Below the pieces are notes generated by a model. It did not search any database. It was given only the letters and a program-made list of their open reading frames with translations, and had not been told where the DNA came from. The translations under genes and the position numbers were made by a program. From contig JAWKSR010000002.1 of NCBI GenBank assembly GCA_041389005.1, positions 1,482-65,481 on the forward strand: 64,000 bases of DNA, read 5' to 3'. Origin of the DNA: Minisyncoccota bacterium. GTDB taxonomy: Bacteria; Patescibacteriota; Minisyncoccia; Phycocordibacterales; UBA918. Within the stretch, counting starts at the first letter, position 1. Each line of letters opens with the position of its first letter. Below are positions 17,150-26,591 of this stretch, piece after piece.

Positions 17150-17937
17150 ATGGAAAAATCATTTGTTTCACTGATGGTGCATCGCGAGGGAATCCGGGTC
17201 CAGGCGGATACGGAGCAATTGTGGTAGTTGGTGATACGGTGCGAGAACTCGGTGGCAGTAAAGACCCTACCACTAACAATGAAATGGAACTCCAAGCCGT
17301 TGTCACTGCCCTTGAAAGCCTCAGGGCTCAATCTAGTGAAGTGACTATCTACACTGATTCACAGTACGTGGTCAGTGGTGCTACGGGGTGGATATTTAGT
17401 TGGATGAAAAATGGCTGGCAAACAAAAGCTAAAGAGGCAGTACAAAACAAAGCACTCTGGCAAGCACTCTGGGGTTTACAGAAAACTCTCACCATCACGT
17501 GGCAGAAGATTCCCGGACACGTTGATTTACCAGGCAACGAGCGAGCCGATGTCATTGCTTCTGCGTATGCTACTGGTACCCAGCCAGAATTATTTGCTGG
17601 CGCGGTAGCGGACTATGGCGTTGATATACACAATGTTACGTATGATGAGAAAAAAGCTGAAGAGCGTTCAGACAAACGAGCGCGTTCGCGTGCTAAAGCG
17701 TATTCGTATATTAGTTTGGTAGATGGGGTGGTAGAAACACATGTTACGTGGGCGGAATGTGAAGCGCACGTGAAAGGTAAGCAAGAATGTCCGATTCAAA
17801 AAGCTCTCGATGCTGAAGAAGAGCAAGCAATTATAAAAGAATTTTCTACTCGTAATACCCTTGACGGACTAGGGCGTCACCTAGTACACTCGCTCGGTAC
17901 CCAATTGGGAAGACGATTTGTAAGGAGGTTATATTGA
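17150..17937 (+). CDS. rnhA: ribonuclease HI with C-terminal hybrid-binding-domain-like extension (frame break in A5 run 17154-17158)
   Basis: MEK(I)ICFTDGASRGNPGPGGYGAIVV needs one extra A after the ATG at 17150. The tracked ORF (17221..) lacks the catalytic FTDGAS Asp. Also ELQAVVTALE; IYTDSQYV; HVDLPGNERADVIA. The C-terminal YSYISLVDG....TWAECEAHVKG...KALDAEEEQAIIKEF resembles the RNase H1/viroplasmin HBD. Confidence 0.8.
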
Positions 17938-18131
17938 CGGAAGTTAATCACGTTGAGCGACTGCGCTCAAATCATCAAGAACTCAATGCGCAAATTGATG
18001 TGCTGAACGGCTGCCCTGGTGTGAAGAGTGAGGAGGTGGTGCTCTCAAACGCGCTAAACTCCGTCTCAGAGACAGGATTGCGTGGTTTGAAACACAAGCC
18101 GCTCGAAAGTGAGCTTTGCTACAATGCCGGT

Positions 18132-19678
18132 ATGGGAGATCCCCGTACCGGTGTTTCTGTATTTTATAGTTTAGCTAGTAGTTTTGCGTTCGGTATATTT
18201 CTGCGTTCGTTTTTCTCACTCGGATTAGTGGAAGTGGTGTGGCTTATGCTACTAGCGGTGGCTATTGCTTTGCTCTGGCGCCAGGCAGATGTATCTGATC
18301 TGCGTATCTGGCTCCTCTACGGAGCGGTAATTTTTGTGGGATCAGCAGCTGGCATACTCCGACTAGAAATTGCTAGTTGGTCTGAAGTACTACCACAGTA
18401 TGAAACTCGCTTGGGTGAGGCATTTGCAGTGACGGGTACGATTGTACGTGAACCAGATGAGCGGGAGCAACTGACACATTTGTATGTAAAAGTCGAGGAC
18501 GAATTACTTCTGGTCACCACTGACCGCTTTCAGCAATTCTCCTATGGTGATGTAGTTACGGTGAGTGGCACACTTGAGAAACCGGAAGCGTTTATGACAG
18601 ACCTTGGGCGTACGTTTAACTACCCCGGGTACTTACGGGCGCGTGGTGTGAACTACGTATTGCCTTTTAGTGATGTGGAGGTGATAGAACAAGGCGCTGG
18701 CAATATTATCCTGACCAAACTGTTTGCTTTCAAACGCACCTTCATGGACGCGCTTGAACAGGTGGTTGAAGAGCCGATGGTAGGTCTGGGTGAAGGGTTA
18801 CTACTTGGCGTGAAGCGAGCTTTGGGCTCAGAGCTTGAGACGGTATTCCGACAAACTGGCATCATTCACATTGTCGTCCTCTCAGGCTATAACGTCATGC
18901 TGGTCGTGGCGTTTGTCATGTATCTCCTCGGTTCGCTCCTGCCACGCCGTTGGCAAGTTGGGTTTGGTATTGTCGCTATCACGCTCTTCGCTCTTTTAGT
19001 GGGACTGGGTGCTACCGTGGTGCGTGCTAGTTTGATGGCGGGCATTCTCCTGGTACTCAGTCTCACTGGACGCACCTACTTTGTCATTCGAGCCCTCGTA
19101 TTGGCGGGAGTCATTATGCTCATCGTGAACCCTTATTTACTTGCCTTTGATGTGGGATTTCAGTTGTCATTTATGGCGACACTGGGACTCATCCTCCTAG
19201 CGCCAGCTATTATCGCGCGGATCACCTGGCTGCCGGATTGGTTTGGTGCTCGTGAGTTTCTCGCTGCTACCGTTGCAACGCAAATCTTCGTAGCGCCAAT
19301 TCTTCTCTATCAAATTGGTGAGTTTTCTCTTATTGCGGTGATTGTTAATGTCCTGGTGCTCCGATGGTGCCGGTAGCGATGTTGCTCACGTTTATCACCG
19401 GTCTTATTGGCATGTTAGCTCCAGCGATGGCGATGTATGTTGGTGTGCTAGCAGACCTTTCTTTGCGGTACATCATTGTTGTGGCTACGCAGTTTGCGAC
19501 AGTCCCGTATGCTTCAGTGGCGGTGCCGCCATTGCCATTTTTCACCGTACCGTTGGCGTATGGACTGGGCTTTGCCTACTGGTGGTATCGCAGTAGTCGG
19601 AGCATAGAGAGTGACGATGTCCTCGCTGGTTGGACGATTGTCAGTGAGTCAGATATAAAAACAGCGGGACGCTCTTAA
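18132..19678 (+). CDS. comEC: ComEC/Rec2 DNA-uptake channel (DUF4131 + competence TM domain, no MBL domain); frame break at 19359-19363
   Basis: Polytopic: GLLLGVKRALGSELETVFRQTGIIHIVVLSGYNV. ORFs 17934..19376 and 19364..19678 join after a 1-nt change at ctCCgatg. The start is uncertain (ATG 18132 chosen; the ORF opens at 17934). Confidence 0.8.
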
Positions 19679-19697
19679 GAGCGTCCCGCTGTTTTTC
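19657..19697. terminator. bidirectional rho-independent terminator (comEC / sod)
   Basis: aaaaACAGCGGGACGCTCttaaGAGCGTCCCGCTGTtttt. A 14-bp perfect stem, with the comEC stop in the loop. Confidence 0.85.
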
Positions 19698-19704
19698 CGG
19701 CAGA

Positions 19705-20265
19705 CTACACCCGTGCCGCTACCACCTCCCAGTTGAGGTTATTAAAGAAGGCGTCAATATACTTGCCTTTATCACTAGGCACGTAATCACGCATGTATGA
19801 GTGCTCCCACATATCAAGTGCTAACACCACATCCACATCAGCCAATTGTCCGAGATGTTGTTCATCTACCCACGTGCACACCAACGTGTTCTCCGGTCGA
19901 TCGATGTAGCACATAGCCCAGCCGACCCCGCGGGTCTTAGCAATCGCCTTCATGCGGTCAACAAATGCTTCAAGTGAACCAAACTGCGTGTTAATCATCT
20001 CCGCCAATTTGCCTTCCGGAAGCTCTGTCGCACCACCTTCCAATTGAGCAAAGTAGTACTCGTGATTTTTCATACCACCAAACTCAAAGCCGAGGCGGCG
20101 CTGCATCTCTGCTGCGGCATAGGCATTGTCAACACTGGCGATCTCATCGCGGATTAGGTTCACATGTTTTACATACCCGGCGTAGAGTCCCAGGTGGCTG
20201 TCGATGGTTTCGCGAGAAATACCATTAAGTTCAGGAATATTAAAGGTTTTTTCTTCGTACTGCAT
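19705..20265 (-). CDS. Fe/Mn superoxide dismutase
   Basis: 186 aa. SHLGLYAGYV..; NHEYYF; DMWEHSYMRDY (metal-ligand motif D-x-W-E-H). Confidence 0.9.
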   Translation of the reverse strand: MQYEEKTFNIPELNGISRETIDSHLGLYAGYVKHVNLIRDEIASVDNAYAAAEMQRRLGFEFGGMKNHEYYFAQLEGGATELPEGKLAEMINTQFGSLEAFVDRMKAIAKTRGVGWAMCYIDRPENTLVCTWVDEQHLGQLADVDVVLALDMWEHSYMRDYVPSDKGKYIDAFFNNLNWEVVAARV

Positions 20266-20316
20266 GGTGATGATTGCTATAGCCTATAAGGTAGACCGAT
20301 TGTACCATGAGAGACT

Positions 20317-21183
20317 ATGGAGCGTCAGATTAAAAGTCGACTCGTTACGGTTTTTATTTTACTTGCTGCGGCGTTATGGAGTTGGGCTCCAACGACTGTG
20401 CTTGAGCCAGCGTGCCATGCTGGACAGCTATGTGTCGCATTTCTTGATGTCGGACAGGGGGATGCTATTTTCATTCAATCACCTACGGGCACGCAGATGC
20501 TCATCGATGGCGGGCGTGGCAGTGCGGTACTGCGTGAACTCGGAGCGGTTATGTCAGCCCGGGATCGCACTATAGACTATATTGTTGCCACGCATCCTGA
20601 TGCTGATCATGTGGGTGGACTCCATGATGTGTTGGAGCGCTATGCCATTGAGCACGTTATTCGCACTGAAAACGAGAGTGATACACCAGTCTGGCACGCG
20701 GTGGAGGAGGCGATACGCGAAGAGGGCGCTCGGGTTACGTACGCTCGGCGTGGACAGCGTATTGACCTTGGAGCTGGCGCGGTAGCAGAAGTATTCTTTC
20801 CCGAAGGTGACATGAGTGAAAGTGAAAGCAACACTGCTTCAATCATTCTTAAACTTACGTATGGGGAACACAGTTGGCTTTTAACCGGCGATGCCCCCAA
20901 AGGTATAGAGGAATATTTGGTACTAACAGAGGGCCAGCACCTCAAGAGCACAGCGCTTAAGGTGGGACATCACGGTTCACGCACCTCTACCTCCGAACTA
21001 TTTCTTGATGAAGTCGAACCTCAGTATGCAGTAATCTCATCTGGGAAAGATAATCAGTATGGTCACCCGCATGTTGAAGTGACCGATCTTTTATTTAACA
21101 AACACATCGAGACCTACAGTACCGCAGAAGTTGGTAGAGTCACCTTTTGGTCGGATGGCACTGAGCTTTTGGTAAAAAAGTAA
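20317..21183 (+). CDS. stand-alone ComEC-type metallo-beta-lactamase domain protein with N-terminal signal/anchor
   Basis: LCVAFLDVGQGDAIFIQSP; ATHPDADHVGG (HxHxDH variant); LKVGHHGSRTS; NQYGHP. N-terminal hydrophobic LVTVFILLAAALWSWA. Confidence 0.8.
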   Translation: MERQIKSRLVTVFILLAAALWSWAPTTVLEPACHAGQLCVAFLDVGQGDAIFIQSPTGTQMLIDGGRGSAVLRELGAVMSARDRTIDYIVATHPDADHVGGLHDVLERYAIEHVIRTENESDTPVWHAVEEAIREEGARVTYARRGQRIDLGAGAVAEVFFPEGDMSESESNTASIILKLTYGEHSWLLTGDAPKGIEEYLVLTEGQHLKSTALKVGHHGSRTSTSELFLDEVEPQYAVISSGKDNQYGHPHVEVTDLLFNKHIETYSTAEVGRVTFWSDGTELLVKK

Positions 21184-21207
21184 AACCGCGGTTGCCCGCG
21201 GTTTTTT
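21182..21207. terminator. bidirectional rho-independent terminator
   Basis: aaaACCGCGGttgcCCGCGGTttttt, between the convergent MBL gene and rpmB. Confidence 0.8.
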
Positions 21208-21208
21208 A

Positions 21209-21451
21209 TTAAATGAGTTTTGCTTCTTTGAGAGTTTTGTAGGCTCCGTTCTTAGCGATGGTGCGTAGGGCTTTGGTAGAGATATTCACCGTCACGTGCT
21301 TGTCGAGTTCTGGCACGTAGATGCGTCGCTTTTGGAGATTTGGTTGACGGCGGGTTTTACCACACGGGTTAAACTGCGTCGCACGAGTGCGGTTACTATA
21401 GCGACCTCCAATCTGGGTCTTTTTTCCGGTTACTTGACATTGCTTTGCCAT
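21209..21451 (-). CDS. rpmB: 50S ribosomal protein L28
   Basis: MAKQCQVTGKKTQIGGRYSNRTRATQFNP....RRQPNLQKRRIYVPELDKHV. Confidence 0.85.
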   Translation of the reverse strand: MAKQCQVTGKKTQIGGRYSNRTRATQFNPCGKTRRQPNLQKRRIYVPELDKHVTVNISTKALRTIAKNGAYKTLKEAKLI

Positions 21452-21545
21452 ACGCAGATAAAATTTAGGTGCCGGCATGATACCACAGCGTCTATAAAAC
21501 GCAACCGATTTTCTTTGTCCTTATAAATGCGGTACCATAACGACT

Positions 21546-22204
21546 ATGGAACAAGTATTCATCATTGGTGCCCTGATTATTTCTATTATTTTGCATGAAA
21601 TGGCACACGGCTACGCCGCATATTGGCTAGGTGATCCGACCGCCAAACTACAAGGGCGATTGTCACCGAACCCGTTGGTGCATATCGATCCCTTAGGATC
21701 ACTAATTGTGCCAGGATTTCTCTTCTTTAGTGGCGCCAACATTCTCTTCGGCTGGGCAAAGCCAGTCCCGTACAACCCATACAACCTAAGCGATCAGCGC
21801 TACGGCGAAGCTAAAGTAGCTGCCGCCGGACCACTGATGAACATTCTCATTGCCCTTATTTTGGGGTACTGATTCGTCTAGTGGACCTGCTAGCGCTTAG
21901 CACTGCTTTTGTGGAACTTTCTGCCTATATCATCTTCATTAATATCTTACTTGCGCTCTTTAACATGTTACCAATCCCACCGCTTGATGGTTCGAAGATT
22001 CTGAGCGCGCTGTTGCCGTGGCACGCTCAGCAACAATACAACCGCCTAATGCAAATGGTGCAGGGCTACGGTATCTTTGTGTTTTTCTTGATCATCTTTA
22101 TTGTGGTGCAGGTACTATGGGCACCACTCTTTTCCGCGGTACTCAGCCTCGCCAGTACTTTTGCTGGACTCAGTCCAATTGAGTTTTATTCACTGTTACG
22201 TTAG
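21546..22204 (+). CDS. site-2 protease (M50) family membrane metalloprotease; frame break near G4 run 21863-21866
   Basis: HEMAHG (HExxH) in ORF 21546..21872. NMLPIPPLDGSKIL (NxxPxxxLDG) in ORF 21881..22204. The halves join with a 1-nt change. Confidence 0.75.
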
Positions 22205-22316
22205 ACTGGATACAGTTGTAGTCACCCTGAAGACTCAGCGCGCAGGAATAGAGTCTTCAGATTCCGAAAAACTTCTCCCCTTTCTGCGCGCACCGGGCTC
22301 AAGGTCCGGTTTTTTC

Positions 22317-22360
22317 TTGCATAAATACATATATATAGTATTCTGTGCGGGCTATTAGTT
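22317..22360 (+). promoter_or_regulatory. candidate promoter upstream of rpsL (TTGCAT ... TATAGT/TATTCT)
   Basis: TTGCAT at 22317-22322. AT-rich -10 candidates: TATAGT at 22334 (spacer too short, 11 nt) and TATTCT at 22339 (spacer 16). Preceded by the hairpin ctgaagactc...gagtcttcag and a terminator-like accgg..ccggtttttt. Confidence 0.35.
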
Positions 22361-22774
22361 ATGGCAACAATCAATCAATTAGCACGAAAAAAGCGCCGCG
22401 ACCCAGTCAAGAAAAGCAAGACTGGTGCGCTGCAAGCTGGCTTCAATAAGATCAAGAACGCACCTAATGAATACAACTCGCCGTTTAAGCGAGGGGTGTG
22501 TACTCGTGTGACAACCAAGACACCACGTAAGCCGAACTCTGCGATTCGTAAAATCGCTCGTGTTCGTTTGAGCAATGGTCAGGAAATCACCGCGTACATC
22601 CCAGGTATTGGACACACGCTTCAAGAACACTCAGTGGTTTTGGTACGTGGGGGTCGCGTGAAAGATATCGGTGTGCAATACACTGTGGTACGTGGTAAGT
22701 ACGATGCCGTTGGTGTTGATGCTCGCCGCCGTGGGCGAAGTCGCTACGGAGCCAAGAAACCAAAAGGAGAGTAG
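22361..22774 (+). CDS. rpsL: 30S ribosomal protein S12
   Basis: [13 protein letters not shown]....[45 protein letters not shown]. Confidence 0.97.
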   Translation: MATINQLARKKRRDPVKKSKTGALQAGFNKIKNAPNEYNSPFKRGVCTRVTTKTPRKPNSAIRKIARVRLSNGQEITAYIPGIGHTLQEHSVVLVRGGRVKDIGVQYTVVRGKYDAVGVDARRRGRSRYGAKKPKGE

Positions 22775-22911
22775 TGAACTCCCTTAATTACAAATAGTTT
22801 ATATTCGCTACAGATTATCGAGTGGTGTCTGTTAAAGACAGAGGACCATTATGCGAAGAATGAAAGAATGATTTGTCATACTTTCTCTTCGTTACACTAA
22901 GTAACAACATT

Positions 22912-23385
22912 ATGAGACGACCAATAAAGAAACGCCCAACCGTAAATCCCGACATTAAGTACGGTGATGTGACTGTTGAGCGCCTCATCAACTACATCAT
23001 GCTTCGTGGTCAGAAGGAGACTGCGCGCAAGATTGTGTACGCTGCTTTTGAGGACATTAAAAATGCCAAAGAAGGTGGTGGCGAGCCAGTTGAAGTATTT
23101 AAGACTGCGCTCCAGAACGCTGGTCCAATGATGGAAGTGCGTTCCCGCCGTGTTGGTGGTGCAAACTACCAGGTACCACGTGAAGTGCGACCAGAGCGCC
23201 GCGAAGCACTGGCGCTACGTTGGATTATTGCTGCAGCACGCAAGCAAAAAGGTATTCCAATGTTCAAAGCCCTGGCAAACGAACTCATGCTCGCCGCTAA
23301 AGAAGAAGGTGATGCAGTAAAGAAGAAGGAGGATACGCATAAGATGGCTGAGGCTAACCGTGCCTTTGCCCACTTCGCCTGGTAA
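22912..23385 (+). CDS. rpsG: 30S ribosomal protein S7
   Basis: MRRPIKKRP...D.KYGD..V.RLINYIM.RGQK..A.KIVY.AF; ends ANRAFAHFAW. Confidence 0.96.
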   Translation: MRRPIKKRPTVNPDIKYGDVTVERLINYIMLRGQKETARKIVYAAFEDIKNAKEGGGEPVEVFKTALQNAGPMMEVRSRRVGGANYQVPREVRPERREALALRWIIAAARKQKGIPMFKALANELMLAAKEEGDAVKKKEDTHKMAEANRAFAHFAW

Positions 23386-23390
23386 TTCTA

Positions 23391-23492
23391 AAACGAGCGC
23401 ATTACGGCGTTGAGTTGCAGTCAAATTGTATTCACTCGGCTTAAGCCGCATTCATACAATTTGCTTTACTCGCCTTGTATTGCATCTCGTTT
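23391..23492 (+). other. ~100-nt imperfect extended hairpin after rpsG
   Basis: aaacgagcgcattacggcg...caaattgtat tcac tCGGCTTAAGCCG cattc atacaatttg ...cgccttgtattgcatctcgttt. Apex palindrome at 23437-23448, followed by the terminator at 23508-23534. Confidence 0.6.
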
Positions 23493-23507
23493 AAGAATCA
23501 CCTACAG

Positions 23508-23534
23508 AAAAACGACCCGCCTGGGTCGTTTTTC
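23508..23534 (+). terminator. rho-independent terminator after rpsG
   Basis: aaaaACGACCCgcctGGGTCGTtttt. Confidence 0.85.
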
Positions 23535-23663
23535 TGTGTCACAGTTTTCTTAAAGAGTAGACAACGAATCACATTTATTATATTTTTCATCTGTCTGTAG
23601 AAAACAGATAGTTCCTTTCAACAATCCAAAATCGACCTGTACAAGGCAGAGAAAGAGGATGGA

Positions 23664-24889
23664 ATGACTAATCCACTTGAAATACTGCCGGAATCATATG
23701 TCGGCGCGATGCGTCAGACTGGAGCGACACTTGGACACCCTCGTGCGTTGCTAAACGTCGGTCAAGGAACCTTCATGAACTGGTGAAAGGTCTACGCTCT
23801 TGTGAATCCTCCCTGAAGCGCAATATCGGATACCTTCAGCAGAAACTCGAAATCTTTGACCGCAAATCACCGGAGGTTTTTGCTGAGGAAGCACACTTTT
23901 CTGTCGGCGTGACCGCGCTGAACGCAGGTTTGTATCCTGAGTCGAAAATTAGACTCGGTGACGCGGCTTTCGACTACGGACACTCCACCTTCGTTAGGTG
24001 TGGATCGTGCAAACACCAGTCGAGTAGGGGACGTAATGAAGTGTAAGGTTCTGGGAACATTCGATTCGGAACAAGGCGCTTCCTATGACTCCCCCTGTCT
24101 TCTTCGCCAGATGTCTATTCCTGAGATCGCAGCACTGAGCCGTCGGTTCAAAAGCGGATTCAGACCCTCAAAGATCATCGAAACATCGTCAGGAAACAGA
24201 TCTCCAGAACGCGTGAGTTACTGAACGACAGTGAAAAACTGCCGATCCTGCCGGATAGCCTTTGGGGATAGAAGAATCAAGTTGCGGTACGGCGATCGCG
24301 TGCGGTGTATGTATTCACCCCATGTTGCCGCAAACGTGATTGCAATCGCTGGCAGCCGGCGACGATTCTATTTTCTGGCAACGGCTTCAATGTCTTCTGT
24401 TTTGATTATCCGATCATGACTGGAAGAACTGCTCGCCGCGGCGTCGAAAGTGGCGGGTCAAGTGGCCGAAGCACGTCTGGTTTTATGGAAGCTCTAAATA
24501 CATTGTACTCCTGGAATGGGAGTATCCAGAAGTTGCGCGAGATGTATCGAGCGAATCCCGAGGATCCCTTCCTGGAGACTTGGAAAAGGCGTTTCAAAGG
24601 TGATTTTACACCTTATGAGCACTTCAGTGATCAATACCTTGAACTTTCGATGGCGCGTCTCGTGACCGAGCTTTTCAAGGGTAAGGAAATCGATCCACTC
24701 GACTACGATCAACGTCTCATGGGTGCGGACGAGGCTGCGGAAATACTCGGCTTTGATCAAATCCCAGATTCTCCTGGAGATGTCATTCAGTACTATCGCC
24801 GTCTTTTAAAAGATGGTCACCCTGAACTACATCGTGCCAAGGACACTCTGCTTCTGCGTATTTATGGGTCAAGTAGCGTTTCTGAGTAA
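23664..24889 (+). pseudogene. multiply frame-broken hypothetical gene with J-domain-like C-terminus (HPE instead of HPD)
   Basis: RBS aagaGGAtGG, then ATG at 23664. The reading frame hops through ORFs 23783..24046, 23958..24224 and 24305..24889. C-terminal EILGFDQIPDSPGDVIQYYRRLLKDGHPELH resembles helix I-II of a DnaJ J-domain. Confidence 0.35.
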
Positions 24890-24909
24890 AACCGGAATTA
24901 GCGAAATAT

Positions 24910-24944
24910 ACCGTCTGCCCTTCGGGGCGGGCGGTTTCTTTTTG
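24910..24944 (+). terminator. rho-independent terminator
   Basis: ACCGTCTGCCCttcgGGGCGGGCGGTttctttttg. Confidence 0.65.
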
Positions 24945-24987
24945 CAACGAGTTTTCTGTACAAGAATCCTGAGTTAGATACAAGATT

Positions 24988-26008
24988 TTAACTTGGTCTA
25001 CGACCTAAACGGCGGGCGAGTTTGTAGATGATAAAGAGGATTAAGATTAGGAGGGTGAGTTGTACAAAGGCTGGGTGGGCAAGATAGAGCGAGAAGGAGG
25101 AAAAAGGCAAAGCGTAAAGAGTTTATTAAAGGCGGCTTTCAGGACGGTGGCTATGGTGTCTACGACACCTATGGTTCTATCACCGTTGCGTTCCACGTTC
25201 CCAAAGCCACGTTCATCGTACGCACTGGTACTACTCGAGGAAGAGGCTGTCGTGTCTGATGGTGCAGGACTGGCGTTTACTTCTTCATGTGCGGTGTTGC
25301 GAGTGGCACGGTAGGTGTCGACCCGATTTTTGGTGGTGTTGATGACTTCGGTCACTTCACCTAAAAAAGTATCAGCTCGACTATCGGTAAGATAGCGCTC
25401 TAGACCACTCCTATCGGTGTCATGGTCATTGGTAGAGCCCGTGTTGTTGCTGGCGTTTGTCTCTGAGTCTGTTTCTGCATTGTCCTCAGTCTCTTCAGTG
25501 TCTGCTGGCGCTTCGTTGTACGTGAGTGGTTCATCATCCTCATCATCTGGCAGGTAATCGCCGTCATCATTGGTATCGTTTAGGTTACCGATACCATCAC
25601 CATCAGTGTCGTAGTCGATAAAAATAGTGTCAGTCACTTCGGTGATAGCGACCGTAACGGTGCGAGTCGATGAGCCAACTGGTTCAAGGCAGGTACGACT
25701 AAGCACGGCTTTCACCGTAGAAGTACCATAGCTTGGTTCCCAGTCTGCCCAGCTTTCGATGATGCGGTTGTTTAGGGCTTCGATGTTTGTGCGTTCCAGC
25801 CGTGTATCGTTTACATAAAATTCAATCGTACCAGTGAGGTCACTGCCGGTGTTATTTCCGAATGGCAGCGTAGATACGTACCGAGTGTATCTGCAAACAC
25901 TGCTGAGGTGTCATACCAAAGACCCTGCACGAAGCCGGCATTCTCTTGTGCGTACAAAGCAACGGGACTAATGATATAGAAGAGGAGTAGTAGACTACAT
26001 ACTCGCAT
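24988..26008 (-). CDS. secreted acidic protein with thrombospondin-type-3-like Ca-binding Asp repeats and probable C-terminal TM anchor (about 2 frame breaks)
   Basis: Signal peptide MRVCSLLLLFYIISPVALYAQE (ORF 25811..26008). DYDTDGDGIGNLNDTNDDGDYLPDDEDD (ORF 25047..25715). After a shift near 25120 the alternative frame gives LTLLILILFIIYKLARRLGRRPS*, with a stop at 24988. Confidence 0.5.
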
Positions 26009-26130
26009 ATACCACCAGTATACCCTTTGTTTTGGTCATAAAAACACGTTTGTCACTTTCATCCCTACAGACACGTCTAAAACGGCGTATAGTATAGATA
26101 CGATTATTCGTTGTAATAAACACATATTAT

Positions 26131-26520
26131 ATGGAAACCTCAATGTTTCTAACCCAGGCGTTTGGACTCTTCTACGTCATTGGAGCCCTCGCGCTTTTGA
26201 TGCATAAGAACTTTATGCGTGACCTCGCACAGTCAATTCTTGTCAAAAGAGAGATGATTATCTTTGGCGGCTTTCTCACCCTTATCGTTGGTATTCCGCT
26301 AGTGTTGGTGCATAACGTGTGGGAAGGCGAGCCCTACGTCATCATTGTCACCATTTCCTGTTGGCTTACTTTCCTGAAGGGAGTTATTCGGGTGTGGTTC
26401 CCTGACTTTGTTAGTCAGATGGGCACGCAATTAGTTGCTCAAGCGACTGCAATCCGAGCGGTATCATTCATCATGTTGTTGGTGGGTGTATATCTCTGTT
26501 ACGTTGGATTCGGGATGTAG
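26131..26520 (+). CDS. small integral membrane protein (4 TM)
   Basis: 129 aa with four hydrophobic segments. No family recognised. Confidence 0.6.
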   Translation: METSMFLTQAFGLFYVIGALALLMHKNFMRDLAQSILVKREMIIFGGFLTLIVGIPLVLVHNVWEGEPYVIIVTISCWLTFLKGVIRVWFPDFVSQMGTQLVAQATAIRAVSFIMLLVGVYLCYVGFGM

Positions 26521-26532
26521 AAGCGGGGCATG

Positions 26533-26573
26533 AAAATAACGCGAGGGTGCAGAGCAACCTCGCGTTATTTTTT
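26533..26573 (+). terminator. rho-independent terminator
   Basis: aaaATAACGCGAGGgtgcagagcaaCCTCGCGTTATttttt. Confidence 0.8.
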
Positions 26574-26591
26574 GTATACTTACCTCACGTT

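Noticed and set aside
17934-18131. The 66-codon N-terminal extension of comEC, or a tRNA/sRNA in this stretch
   Set aside because: The extension is hydrophilic and unlike ComEC N-termini, so the internal ATG at 18132 is preferred. The hairpins present do not form a cloverleaf, and there is no T-loop GTTCGAATC.
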